Source: Paramoeba atlantica
Lineage: Eukaryota > Protista > Discosea
Direction: 5' to 3'
Length of the DNA: 64,000 nt
Assembly: GCA_977017575.1 (NCBI GenBank)
Contig: CDRNVI010000012.1
Coordinates: 744,001-808,000 of the forward strand
Shown here: positions 22,792 to 34,283 of the stretch, piece by piece
How the letters are laid out: the number at the start of each line of letters is the position of its first letter
How positions within the stretch are numbered: position 1 is the stretch's first letter
Notes under the pieces: model-generated
What the model saw: the letters and a program-made list of their open reading frames with translations, nothing else
Database searches by the model: none
Told to the model about the DNA's origin: nothing
Translations under genes and position numbers: made by a program

Positions 22792-25700
22792 ATGTCTGAC
22801 ACATTCAACTCGTGCGATGCCTTAAAAGTAGCGGAGGCCTCCGGTTCGGTGACCTTTGATGCAGTAGTAGAGGAGCTCAGCTGCGCCAGGTTGGGTCGGA
22901 GCAACCTGTTCTTGCCTTCGAAAGGCGGTAAGAATCGGGTTGTACCAAAGCTTCGCCCGAGGGCATTTAACCAGATGTCACTTTCTATTACACCGCAAGC
23001 GAAGATAGCTGTTGTCTGGACTATGACATTCCGCAACATTCTACATCTTTGGGAAGGAACAGCGATAAAGAAAAGGAAGAACGGGGGATGGTGGGTACAG
23101 TACGAGCGAGTTCCGGACAAGTTATTCCCATTTCCTCCAATAGATGATAGAGTTGTTGTTTGTGCAGGCCGCGTCAAGACACCGCGATCGGAAACCCGTA
23201 GGAGAAAGCGAAGGAGGTACTATCCTCGGAATGTGACTGGGCGTGGCAGTTATGAGAAACCCTGTTTGAGCAAAGCCAGGAACAAGGGTTTGGCTATTAT
23301 GACATTAAATGTAACGACATTGGGGCTGGACGGGCCTGATAGAATTTCATTGCGGAGATGTGCCAGGTTGCGTCTAGTTCTTCGGCTGCTCGTTTTACGT
23401 GACGTACAGATCTGCTGCCTACAGGAAACTCGCTTTACATGCGCGGAGTCACTGTTTCGAACAATTCGAATTGGGACTACTAAATTCTTCTTATACTTCT
23501 TGTCTGCCAAAAATGGGTACGGCGGACTGATGTTCATCAGTCGGTTTGCGATAGATCGTATCGTCAGCGTTTCAGAGAGAATAGCATATGCTCAAATTGA
23601 CATGAAGCCTTTCCAAGCCGCGATATACAACGTGTACGCTCCAACGGCAACTGTTTCGGAAGAAGAACGCAAGGAGTTCTTGTTGCGCCTTAGTGATTCC
23701 TTCACGCGAAGCAAATATCCATTGAAAGCTGTTATGGGTGATTTCAACGCACCCTTAACACAAGATTTGAAGGGAAAAGAATCCTCGCCTGCGTACTGTG
23801 GACTGCGAACGTTCTTGGATAACATAGATGCTGTCTCTGGATTCGAAGTTTGTCCTGCTTCGAGAGACTGGACCTTCATATTTCCGAATGGCTACAAGAA
23901 ACAGCTCGATCACATTATTCTGAACCGACGATTTGCGTCTGCAATTTCACGGCACCGAGTTATCTACCCTCCCATTTGCACAGGACATTATGCCGTGGAA
24001 GCGCACATTAACATCAAATGGAAAGTGCATAAAAAGAATCCACACATGCATCCTCCATGGTATCAATTGCGTGATCCTGGAATTCGACAACTGTTTTCCG
24101 CCAGCGTTGCAGCTCACTTTGACCCACAACCTGATCATTCTCAAAGTGAGTTAGAAGACAGGGATGTCGAGCAATTATGGTTGTCAGTAAAAACAAGTAT
24201 CCAGGAGGCGCAAATGTGTCTCAAGTCTCAGCCGAAAACAGATGTTCCTCTCAGTTTTGCCACTCCAGTGTGTAATGACGCACCGGTAAATCTGCAAGCT
24301 TTATACAAAATATCAAGTAATAGGAAACGTTTCGATAAGTTTGTGCGAGAACATGAAAAGCAAATTACTGACCTCGTTCAGTTGGAGTGCCAAAATTTAG
24401 AGAAGAACTTTAAGAAGCGACCGCGAGGATCCTGGAGGATGGTTAAGGAGGTTATAGGGGATGAAAGGACAGCTATTCATGTACAAGGAAAGTCTGTCAA
24501 AGATAAGCTTGAAACGCTGAAAACGCACTTTGCAGCAAACTATTGCCCAGTGAAAGAAAACTCGTCCACAGACTTTGAGCAAGTTAAGGGTATTAAAATG
24601 TGTGATGACCCTTTTTTGTTCGAGGAGCTGTTGGCAGCGCAGAAGCAAATCGCTCGAAGGAAAGCCACTGGTTCTGACGATATCCCGATAGAAGCATACT
24701 GCGCGCTAACCGAGCACGACGAGTTATCCAGGACATTATTACGTTTGATCAACTCGGTGTACTTAAAGGGATATACGCCGGACTCGTGGCGCGAAATACT
24801 TCATGTGCCAATTCCGAAAAAAGGTGATCTCTCTCAGCTGAAAAACTGGCGTGCTATCTGTTTGACGAATCACATAGCCAAATTGGTGAACTACATGATT
24901 TTGAATAGATTACAACCAGAAATCGAACCAAGACTGCGTAATGCACAGTTTGGCTTCCGACCCTTTCGATCGACAGTTGGTGCACAAGCGATTCTAACAG
25001 AAGTATTCGGAAAGGCATCTCGGCATGCACATGATCTTTTCTTGGGATTCATCGATTTTCAGAGCGCGTTTCCCTCGATATCACATGACGCCATCAAAAA
25101 AGCACTGGATGCTTTTGCAGTGCCGCCAATGCTGAGGCAGATGATTCTTGCGTCGTACAATGCGCCCTCTGGATACGTCCGTGTCGATTTCGGGGAAACA
25201 GATCATTTTGACATCTCCTCTGGAGTGCTTCAAGGTGATGTCCTTGCCCCGTTTCTTTTTATAATGTGTCTGGACAGAATACTCGAGCGAGCAATGCAGA
25301 ATTCGGAATTCGGGATCACACTTCGACGTATTGGAACTAAAAGCCGAGGTATGCAGGAAATCAAATTGACAGACATTGACTACGCCGACGACATCGTGTT
25401 CTTTTCCAATACGAAGGAAACTCTCGAGGCTATGATTCTAGCATTGATCAAAGAAGCAGGGAAAGCGGGGATGAAATTAAATGTAGGTCCAATGAAAACA
25501 GCGTGGATGGTTGTTGGGCGAACAGCTAGGAAGCAAGAAGGACGTATTATCCTACCAGAGTTGGGTCTTGTACCGCGAGTCGAATCCTACCGCTACCTAG
25601 GGCACATGATGAGCGCCTACGCGACATCGGCAACGCTGAAAAACCGAATAAAGCTAGCATGGATGGCGTTTCACCGATTGAAACCACTATGGAACAATGG

Positions 25701-26874
25701 TCTAAACGTTATCCTTCGTCTTCGTATTTTCAATGCGATGGTGAGCTCCGTCCTTTCATATGGGTGCGCAACTCTCACGCCGAGTAAAACAGAGCTTAAA
25801 TCAGCAGATATAGAAGTCAACAAAATGAGGAGGCTGGCTACAGGAACTCCTTTGTGGGATGGACACAAATCAATCCCAACGAAGGCTCTCTATCGAGGAG
25901 GCTTGATGTTTTCGACTGTAGTGAAAGTAAGCAGAGTCAAACTTGTAGGACACCTTCTAAGACATGACACTCCGTTTTATGACGTTATGATGTGGAACAA
26001 GGACCCCAATTCACGCGTAAAATCACTATCTGAAGCGTGCGCGGAGGACCTGGGCATTGAAATCGAACACTTATGGGAACAGGCCCAAGATCGTACAGCA
26101 TGGCGTATGCTGGTTGAAGGCTTAAGGGAGAACCTTGAACCTACCGCACGTTACGTACCTGTGTCAATAAAAAAGCGAGAAATAGAACAAATCTTACTCT
26201 CAAACGCGAGCGCGATGGAAAAGTGGGAATCTTTGCAGTTTTTCGAAGAGGGATCGACGTTATGGCCCGATTATGGACTCTTGCACATGTATTGTGATGG
26301 GTCATCACAACGTAAATTCAACCAAATAGTCGCGGGAGCTGCAGTAGCTGTGGCACAGAACGGGTATGTTGCCTTTTCGAAGAAACAATCATTGCAAAAG
26401 GCGGACGCCACATCCATCAGATCAGAGCTTCACGCATTTTTTCTTGCACTGCAAATCGGGGAGGGTAAGCAAGAATCTTTCGTTGTGCATGTCGATTCGG
26501 AGTACGTCTGGAACTTTTGGCACAAAGTACGTGTACCGTATCAGTTGGGTAAATACGCAGACTGGGAAAATGCAGATTTGCTTGAACGTATTTCCAGCTT
26601 GGCCCGTTCGATTTTGAAGAAATACAAGATTTTCGTAGTGAAAGTTCGAGCTCATAGCGGAAACTTTATGAATGAACTCGTGGACAAACTAGCGAACGAG
26701 GCAGCAGTCGAACTCGTGCGTGAACCAGTGAATCCCTCAACCACAGCGTGTAGAGTTATAAATTCTACGGCCGAATGCGGCCATAAGTGCCGTGATAAGG
26801 CCTCATGTCTACATTCCTGTTGTAAGCGGCATTTAGGAGTAGCGAAGGATAATGTCAACATTTCTTTGTCATAA
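22792..26874 (+). CDS. Intact LINE polyprotein: N-terminal domain, APE endonuclease, RT, RNase H, Cys-rich tail (RTE/ingi-like), 1360 aa
   Basis: TLNV, LQET, NVYAPT, GDFNA, LDHI; PKKGDL, QFGFR, QGDVLAP, YADD; CDGS, SELHAF, AHSGN. Confidence 0.92.
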   Translation: MSDTFNSCDALKVAEASGSVTFDAVVEELSCARLGRSNLFLPSKGGKNRVVPKLRPRAFNQMSLSITPQAKIAVVWTMTFRNILHLWEGTAIKKRKNGGWWVQYERVPDKLFPFPPIDDRVVVCAGRVKTPRSETRRRKRRRYYPRNVTGRGSYEKPCLSKARNKGLAIMTLNVTTLGLDGPDRISLRRCARLRLVLRLLVLRDVQICCLQETRFTCAESLFRTIRIGTTKFFLYFLSAKNGYGGLMFISRFAIDRIVSVSERIAYAQIDMKPFQAAIYNVYAPTATVSEEERKEFLLRLSDSFTRSKYPLKAVMGDFNAPLTQDLKGKESSPAYCGLRTFLDNIDAVSGFEVCPASRDWTFIFPNGYKKQLDHIILNRRFASAISRHRVIYPPICTGHYAVEAHINIKWKVHKKNPHMHPPWYQLRDPGIRQLFSASVAAHFDPQPDHSQSELEDRDVEQLWLSVKTSIQEAQMCLKSQPKTDVPLSFATPVCNDAPVNLQALYKISSNRKRFDKFVREHEKQITDLVQLECQNLEKNFKKRPRGSWRMVKEVIGDERTAIHVQGKSVKDKLETLKTHFAANYCPVKENSSTDFEQVKGIKMCDDPFLFEELLAAQKQIARRKATGSDDIPIEAYCALTEHDELSRTLLRLINSVYLKGYTPDSWREILHVPIPKKGDLSQLKNWRAICLTNHIAKLVNYMILNRLQPEIEPRLRNAQFGFRPFRSTVGAQAILTEVFGKASRHAHDLFLGFIDFQSAFPSISHDAIKKALDAFAVPPMLRQMILASYNAPSGYVRVDFGETDHFDISSGVLQGDVLAPFLFIMCLDRILERAMQNSEFGITLRRIGTKSRGMQEIKLTDIDYADDIVFFSNTKETLEAMILALIKEAGKAGMKLNVGPMKTAWMVVGRTARKQEGRIILPELGLVPRVESYRYLGHMMSAYATSATLKNRIKLAWMAFHRLKPLWNNGLNVILRLRIFNAMVSSVLSYGCATLTPSKTELKSADIEVNKMRRLATGTPLWDGHKSIPTKALYRGGLMFSTVVKVSRVKLVGHLLRHDTPFYDVMMWNKDPNSRVKSLSEACAEDLGIEIEHLWEQAQDRTAWRMLVEGLRENLEPTARYVPVSIKKREIEQILLSNASAMEKWESLQFFEEGSTLWPDYGLLHMYCDGSSQRKFNQIVAGAAVAVAQNGYVAFSKKQSLQKADATSIRSELHAFFLALQIGEGKQESFVVHVDSEYVWNFWHKVRVPYQLGKYADWENADLLERISSLARSILKKYKIFVVKVRAHSGNFMNELVDKLANEAAVELVREPVNPSTTACRVINSTAECGHKCRDKASCLHSCCKRHLGVAKDNVNISLS

Positions 26875-26926
26875 TAGTCGAACACTTAGCCACTTAGTCA
26901 GAAAGTGGTATATTATTATTATATTA

Positions 26927-29165
26927 TTAACAAAAGAAAGGGTCTAACAAAAGAAAGGGTCTAACAAAAGAAAGGGTCTAACAAAAGAAAGGGTCATAAC
27001 AAAAGAAGGGGTCTAAACAAAAGAAAGGGTCTAACAAAAGAAAGGGTCTAACAAAAGAAAGGGTCTAACAAAAGAAAGGGTCTAACAAAAGAAAGGGTCA
27101 TAACAAAAGAAAGGGTCTAACAAAAGAAAGGGTCTAAACAAAAGAAAGGGTCTAACAAAAGAAAGGGTCTAACAAAAGAAAGGGTCTTAACAAAAGAAAG
27201 AACAATTCTATTTTTTTTCAACCGACTAGCGAAACATTCTTTTTTTTAGTCGATCAATGATTTAATCTTTTTTTTTACGACTTTAACTTTTTTTTTTTTT
27301 ACAAGCTCACAAAAAAAAAAAAAAAAAACCTTTTGATCCACATACTTTTTTTTTTTTTTTTTTAAAGTAAAGGTCTTAATAAAAGTAAAGGTCTAAAGAC
27401 GCGTTTATTTTTTTTTAGTCGATCAATGATTTAGTCTTTTTTTACGACTTTAACGTCTTGTTGTAGTATACAATGGCAGTATACAATGTTGCTGTATACT
27501 CAAAATAATAGTTTCACGTGTTTTCCGTTCCTTTATTTATTCACATGTTACTCAAAAAAGCAAAACAGTAATAGCCGAATGCTGAAAGCAGCGAAAGAAA
27601 GGGTCTTAACAAAAGAAAGGGTCTTAACAAAAGAAAGGGTCTTAACAAAAGAAAGGGTCTTAACAAAAGAAAGGGGCATTAACAAAAGAAAGGGTCTTTA
27701 ACAAAAGAAAGGGTCTTTAACAAAAGAAAGGGTCTTTAACAAAAGAAAGGGTCTTAACAAAAGAAAAGGTCTTAACAAAAGAAATGGTCTAACAAAAGAA
27801 AGGATCTAACAAAAGAAAGGGTCTAACAAAAGAAAGGGTCTAACAAAAGAAAGGGTCATAACAAAAGAAAGGGTCTAACAAAAGAAAGGGTCTAAACAAA
27901 AGAAAGGGTCTAACAAAAGAAAGGGTCTAACAAAAGAAAGGGTCTTAACAGTCTTTGCGCTACGCGAGTCAGTGAAAAAAATCGAACGCTTTTATTTCGG
28001 ATAGCGAGTTTTCGCTGGGATGATGCGACGCTGATTTTGGCAACGGAAATCAAGGTCGGTAGATCAGAAGATTGGTTCATTGAGCGCCGAAATCCCTTTT
28101 CTGCTCTGTTCCAATCTTCAAAACTGCTGTCCAAGATTTACGTGGAGCCGAGGAATCCGTCAGAAATCACTTTGAGCGCAACAAAATTATGGCCCATTGA
28201 GCATCTAAATCCCTTTTCTGCTCTGTGCCTTTTTTTCCAGCACTCGTACGATTTCGCATGGGTACCGTTCTTGGTTCTCCTCCGAAAATTGGTGTCAGCC
28301 ATTGTGCGAATGCGTCATGTCAAGCTGCATGCAGTGCCAGTGTAAGCGGAAGGCCCTGACAAGGGCGAATGTAATATCATATGCCGAACTATAGGCATGT
28401 TATATATGTTAGCATGCGATAGTGATCTTAATACTTAACAAAAGAAAGGGTCTTAACAAAAGAAAGGGTCTTAACAAAAGAAAGGGTCTTAACAAAAGAA
28501 AGGGTCTTAACAAAAGAAAGGGTCTTAACAAAAGAAAGTTTTTTTTTTTTTTTTTTTTTAAATCCCTTCGAACAATTCTATTTTTTTTCAACCGACTAGC
28601 GAAACATTCTTTTTTTTAGTCGATCAATGATTTAGTCTTTTTTTTTACGACTTTAACGTCTTGTTGTAGTATACAATGGCAGTATACAATGTTGCTGTAT
28701 ACTCAAAATAATAGTTTCACGTGTTTTCCGTTCCTTTATTTATTCACATGTTACTCAAAAAAGCAAAACAGTAATAGCCGAATGCTGAAAGCAGCGAAAG
28801 AAAGGGTCTTAACAAAAGAAAGGGTCTTAACAAAAGAAAGGGTCTTAACAAAAGAAAGGGTCTTAACAAAAGAAAGGGGCATTAACAAAAGAAAGGGTCT
28901 TTAACAAAAGAAAGGGTCTTTAACAAAAGAAAGGGTCTTTAACAAAAGAAAGGGTCTTAACAAAAGAAAGGGTCTTAACAAAAGAAAGGGTCTTAACAAA
29001 AGAAAGGGTCTTAACAAAAGAAAGGGTCTTAACAAAAGAAAGGGTCTTAACAAAAGAAGGGGTCATAACAAAAGAAAGGGTCTAACAAAAGAAAGGGTCT
29101 AAACAAAAGAAAGGGTCTAACAAAAGAAAGGGTCTAACAAAAGAAAGGGTCTTAACAAAAGAAAG
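26927..29165 (+). repeat. Minisatellite arrays (17-19 bp unit) at about 26927-27200, 27596-27950, 28434-28538 and 28797-29165, interleaved with duplicated AT-rich blocks
   Basis: Unit (T)0-2TAACAAAAGAAAGGGTC; blocks 27203-27600 and 29165-29560 are near-identical. Confidence 0.92.
27954..28428 (+). pseudogene. 5'-truncated second copy of the 22008..22631 orphan gene, embedded in satellite
   Basis: Near identity to the reverse complement of about 21925-22400. Confidence 0.85.
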
Positions 29166-29309
29166 AACAATTCTATTTTTTTTCAACCGACTAGCGAAAC
29201 ATTCTTTTTTTTAGTCGATCAATGATTTAATCTTTTTTTTTACGACTTTAACTTTTTTTTTTTTTACAAGCTCACAAAAAAAAAAAAAAAAAACCTTTTG
29301 ATCCACATA

Positions 29310-31945
29310 CTTTTTTTTTTTTTTTTTAAAGTAAAGGTCTTAATAAAAGTAAAGGTCTAAAGACGCGTTTATTTTTTTTTAGTCGATCAATGATTTAGTC
29401 TTTTTTTACGACTTTAACGTCTTGTTGTAGTATACAATGGCAGTATACAATGTTGCTGTATACTCAAAATAATAGTTTCACGTGTTTTCCGTTCCTTTAT
29501 TTATTCACATGTTACTCAAAAAAGCAAAACAGTAATAGCCGAATGCTGAAAGCAGCGAAAAAGTGACGACTCAAAGCAGCGAAACGGTAATAACCCAAAG
29601 CAGCGAAACAGTAACAACCAAGAGCTGAAAGCTGCGGAACAATAATCACCAAGCAGCAAAACAAAAATAACCAAAGGCTGAAACCTAACCAAGCAGCGAA
29701 ACAGTAATCACCAAAGGCTGAAAGCAACGAAACATTATTAATCACCAAAGGCTGAAAGCAACGAAACATTATTAACGAAATGTTAAAAGCAGCGAAAATG
29801 TAATATTCAGAGGAGTGTTTAAAGACGGAGTCCTCCTACCCATTTCTCGGTTTCTATATATTGGCGCAATTGAGAGACGACTGCATAGGCTGAATATTTT
29901 TCCAGTTCAAGTTGAAAAGCTTCTCGTACAATCTTGTAATCAACATCATTTCTTTTCGCCAATGTTTTCAGCAAAACCTTTGTCTCTTCATGTAGTACTC
30001 CACAATCTGTCACAGCTATGCAGCGAAAGCATTCTGGATCAAGACCTTTTTCTTTGACATATTTTGCTATCTTCCGCTCTTCCGCACTCTGCAGCAGGGC
30101 ATTGCTGCTCTGCTTTGCATAGCTGCTGCAGCACGTATGTACCACGGTAACGTCGTATAAAATTTCTCCAACATCTGGCCACATAATCGCTAGGTCTGGG
30201 CCAGATCTAATTCGACGCGCTCGGCAAGGATGGTATTCCGCCGCTTCTGGGGAAATTGAGCACTTGCATTTGGTGCAAAAAAAGGACGCATGAATACGAG
30301 GTTCGATCGCACATGATGATGATGATGATGTATTGGGCCTTTTGACTCCGAAAAGTTATGGCCCCTCAACTCCCCAAACGGGCAGTCCGAATACGTCTTG
30401 CGACGTATCCGGAGAGCCAGCCATAGCAAGCTACGGCTGACCTCCGCTTGGCGAGGAGTTAGGTTACAGCTAGGGAGGTGGGGTGCGCTATACCCCTGCG
30501 CCTTAGGTAATGCAAATAAGGCGCCCCTTGACCAAAAAAAAACCACTCTATCTTTTGAGGGTGGATAAAAAAAAAAACACAAACACATTCCAAAGATTAG
30601 CCCGAATGGCACCCACCCTAGTTTCTTAGTACCTTGTTATATTCGGTACCGGGCGGTGCCACCCATTCTACGTTGCCAGAATGACATCCACCCTAATTAT
30701 TTAGTGCCTCGTTTTACTGGCACCGGGTAGTGTCATCCATATTGTCTTCGTTGTGCTCACCCTAGTTCTTTAGCGTCTTGTTATGCGACGCCGGGTGAGT
30801 TAGCTCGGGAAGCTGGGATCGCTAAGTCCCATCATCCGACATAAGCCGGATGCCCTGACATTCGATCGCACATGGAAGACCAGCTTTGGAACACATTTCG
30901 GCAATATAGCGTACCAAATGAGAATGTTTTCTCGTGCAATTCATGCCAGCACATCGTGAACATCCCGCTACGTGAGGAATGATTTTGCTTGATGTTTCGA
31001 TTGTTCCACATCCAGGGCATGTAATCTCGCCTGACACATTACTTAGAGCAATTCCTAGGCGCATCATTAGAGTGTAACGAAAAAGATATGGATTTACGTA
31101 GTTGCACGTTGAATCTAAGTGATTGTTCGCCTCCTTCGTTCGCTTTATGATATTCTGGAATCTCGGTATTGCATTCAATTCTGCTGCTGTCTTCTCGTGT
31201 TCATTCTTCATGCTCTTTCTTAGCTGGGTGCGTGCAGCTTGTGAATTCGTTCGTGTGCTGTCGGCTTGTTTCTTGCCTCCCTTATCTACCGGAGCATTAA
31301 TGGGTTTCGATCGCTCATCAATAGATTTTAGGGACGCTTCGAAAAAGTAGCGTTGCTTTAGAACGGTTGAGGTGATTCCTAGACCTCCCATTTTACATGG
31401 GAGGGCAGAGAGTTTAAGTGCTTCACTATCTGCACCACACCATTTCTTTAAGATCTCATGGATTTCCTCGTCGAACACCTGGGCAAGAAGAAACGAAGCT
31501 CCAAGTTTGTGGACTCGAAGGTGGTAATCATGACGGGGTATGGTACATCGCTTGAGAATCGCTAGTGACAAGTTGCTGGGACCCATAGCGCGAAGTCTTC
31601 GAAATAAACATTTATGTTTCCCTAACTTCTCCAAGAGCTTTCGTTCAACGGCTTTATTATGCCCGATGTATGCTCCTAGGACCTTGATGGAATCCACACA
31701 GTCTTCCACCCCAAATTCCTTGAGATCCATCCCTCGATTATTCGTTGAACTGTTGCCTTGGAATACTTCGCATTTACGGGAATTAATTTCAAGATTCAGA
31801 CCACTTGCTAGTTCTTTGAGGTGAAGGAACGCAACTTCCAAAGACGACTCATTTTTGGAGCTCATCGTCACATCGTCCTGGTAGGCTCTGATAGTAACCT
31901 CTGGATAGAGCTTCGCAATTTCTTTCAAAGGACCTTGTAGCAGTG
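29310..31945 (-). mobile_element. 5'-truncated CRE-clade element (YQDD family) with repeat-rich 3' UTR, interrupted by a SINE-like insert
   Basis: AYQDDV, LPCKMGGLG, CPGC, RSGPDL, GGLRL*; ORF rejoins as CAIE|PRIH. Confidence 0.85.
30315..30860 (-). mobile_element. 546-bp non-coding SINE-like retroposon with (CAT)n tail
   Basis: 13-bp TSD TTCGATCGCACAT at 30302-30314 and 30861-30873. Confidence 0.85.
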
Positions 31946-31946
31946 C

Positions 31947-32690
31947 GCAAAAGAAAGGGTCTTAACAAAAGAAAGGGTCTTAACAAAAGAAAGGGTCTTA
32001 ACAAAAGAAAGGGTCTTAACAAAAGAAAGGGTCTTAACAAAAGAAAGGGTCTTAACAAAAGAAAGGGTCTTAACAAAAGAAAGGGTCTTAACAAAAGAAA
32101 GGGTCTTAACAAAAGAAAGGGTCTTAACAAAAGAAAGGGTCTTAACAAAAGAAAGTTTTTTTTTTTTTTTTTTTTTTAAATCCCTTCGAACAATTCTATT
32201 TTTTTCAACCGACTAGCGAAACATTCTTTTTTTTAGTCGATCAATGATTTAGTCTTTTTTTTTACGACTTTAACGTCTTGTTGTAGTATACAATGGCAGT
32301 ATACAATGTTGCTGTATACTCAAAATAATAGTTTCACGTGTTTTCCGTTCCTTTATTTATTCACATGTTACTCAAAAAAGCAAAACAGTAATAGCCGAAT
32401 GCTGAAAGCAGCGAAAGAAAGGGTCTTAACAAAAGAAAGGGTCTTAACAAAAGAAAGGGTCTTAACAAAAGAAAGGGTCTCAACAAAAGAAAGGGTCTTA
32501 ACAAAAGAAAGGGTCATTAACAAAAGAAAGGGTCTTTAACAAAAGAAAGGGTCTTTAACAAAAGAAAGGGTCTTTAACAAAAGAAAGGGTCTTTAACAAA
32601 AGAAAGGGTCTTTAACAAAAGAAAGGGTCTTTAACAAAAGAAAGGGTCTTTAACAAAAGAAAGGGTCTTAACAAAAGAAAGGGTCTTAAC
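31947..32690 (+). repeat. Minisatellite arrays 31947-32156 and 32413-32690 around an AT-rich block (copy of about 28538-28800)
   Basis: Visible tandem units. Confidence 0.9.
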
Positions 32691-34003
32691 ACATGAAAGG
32701 CTCCTTCGACAGGTAAACAAACATGATGACGGGTTTAGGCGGCTAAAGAAAATGGGTATAAATAATATTTCTCTTCTGCTGCTGTCTAAATGCGTAAACA
32801 TTAGACTGCAATACCTCATGCGCGTTCACGAAGCGGACACCACAGACACTGCTACTGCGGAGTTTGATCAAAAAGTCGAGGATGTCGTGGAAGCCTGGTT
32901 CGGGCCGTTATCATCAAATCAAAAGAAAATCATCCGTCTTCCATTCAAAAAAGGGGGTTTCGGATTAACAGCCAGTAATCCCAATAGAGCGAATGCGTAC
33001 GCTGCTTCGCGTTTTTCAGTTCTTGAGCGCCAAAGATCTTCTTCAGCTCGGACTGTAACAAACACCACAGCTGCACACAAATGCATTCCAAAGAAATCTA
33101 GTCTAAAAATTACACCTGTTGACGACGAAACATCCAACGTGATTCAACATGAAAAGGATTGGAAAGAATTGCTGCTAAATCCCGAACTTAAGCCCATACT
33201 TCAAGCCACTTCCTTCAAAGGCAACAACGACTGGCTCACGTCACATGTACGAAGTATACCGTCACACCTATTTAAGCTTGCGGTTATGCCTAGGCTAAAT
33301 GCTCAACATCAAAATCTTCCGACCAACCTTCTTTGCCCGGGATGTGGCATTGTTCTCGACAATCGGGATGCTCTGTCACATATCCCAGGATGCGTTCAAT
33401 GCTCAGGATTCAATTCAACGGCGAAGCACAATGCACTTGTTACATTTCTACAGCGACTATGCCACAAAGCTGGATTGCCATGTGAAAAGGAACCCAGAGC
33501 TTTCTCGTCATGGAAATGTCTGCAGTGCGGAGATATAATTAGTCCAAGCAATCACGTAACTCATCAGAAAGTTTGCACTGGAAGACGGCTATGCCGATCC
33601 GGACCGGATCTCGTTATTTATTGGAACAACGGCGAGGTATACTATGACTTAACCGTAATACACGAGCTTTCGCAGAGCAATAGGTCTAAAAAATGCATCC
33701 AACTAATCAACGACGCGATCAAAAGGAAACATAACACGTACGTGCAGACGAATATTATACGAGAAGAATGCTTCCAATGCTTGCCTGTTCTGTCCGGAGG
33801 TTCTTTACATCGCAACACGCAAAGTCTGATCCATGCGATAGCAGATGCTGCCTTACTAGACCGGCAGGGGGTTGAACAGGAATTTAAACTACTGGTGCAG
33901 GAATTAAATGGTCTAGAAGTTTATTCCCACCTTCGGAAATACCTAAACGAAGAAGGCGCTACGCAGGAATTCAGTCTATAAATCAGCTCATTAGTTTTTA
34001 GGG
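32690..34003 (+). mobile_element. 5'-truncated CRE-clade element related to 514..4581
   Basis: LPFKKGGFG, CPGC, KHNAL, RSGPDL, YYDLTVIH; stop at 33981. Confidence 0.88.
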
Positions 34004-34283
34004 TAGGGGGGACCTTCGATGAGTACTCATCGAAAGTCTACAACTTTCCGTGAGTCTCATCGAAAGTCTCGAGAAACACTGATGTTTCTCAAGTTTTCGG
34101 ACGAGAAGAGCACTTATCTCTGCACGTTGCCCAATGTAGGCGCCGAGAATTTTGATAGTTTTGTCACACAATAACTCCAAGTCATCCGCAGTCGCCGCCA
34201 CAGCAGTTGGAGTCAGCACCACCTTCGCCGTTACCATCACACGCGTCGCTGCGACCTTCTCTGCCGAATCATCCGCAGTCGGT

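Noticed and set aside
27486-27701. ORFs made of KERVLT, NKRKGL or LLLRPF repeats and poly-K/poly-F ORFs (e.g. 6745-7128, 31849-32179)
   Set aside because: These are translation artefacts of the satellite and homopolymer tracts.
30400-30480. HDV-like or twister ribozyme (UCCUCGC and UAACUCC words on the minus strand); also hammerhead-like words near 36013
   Set aside because: The required P3/pseudoknot pairings or the CUGANGA..GAAA core could not be completed by eye.
30627-30641. AGTACCTTGTTAT (also about 40428 and 40565) as SL relics
   Set aside because: It diverges from the SL on both sides and is one arm of the covarying hairpin; paralogous motif copies lack it.
26927-32690. Minisatellite as a CRISPR array or canonical telomere repeat
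   Set aside because: There are no unique spacers and no cas genes, and the context is eukaryotic. The GGG lies on the A-rich strand, unlike typical telomeric repeats. A telomere link is kept only as a testable option.
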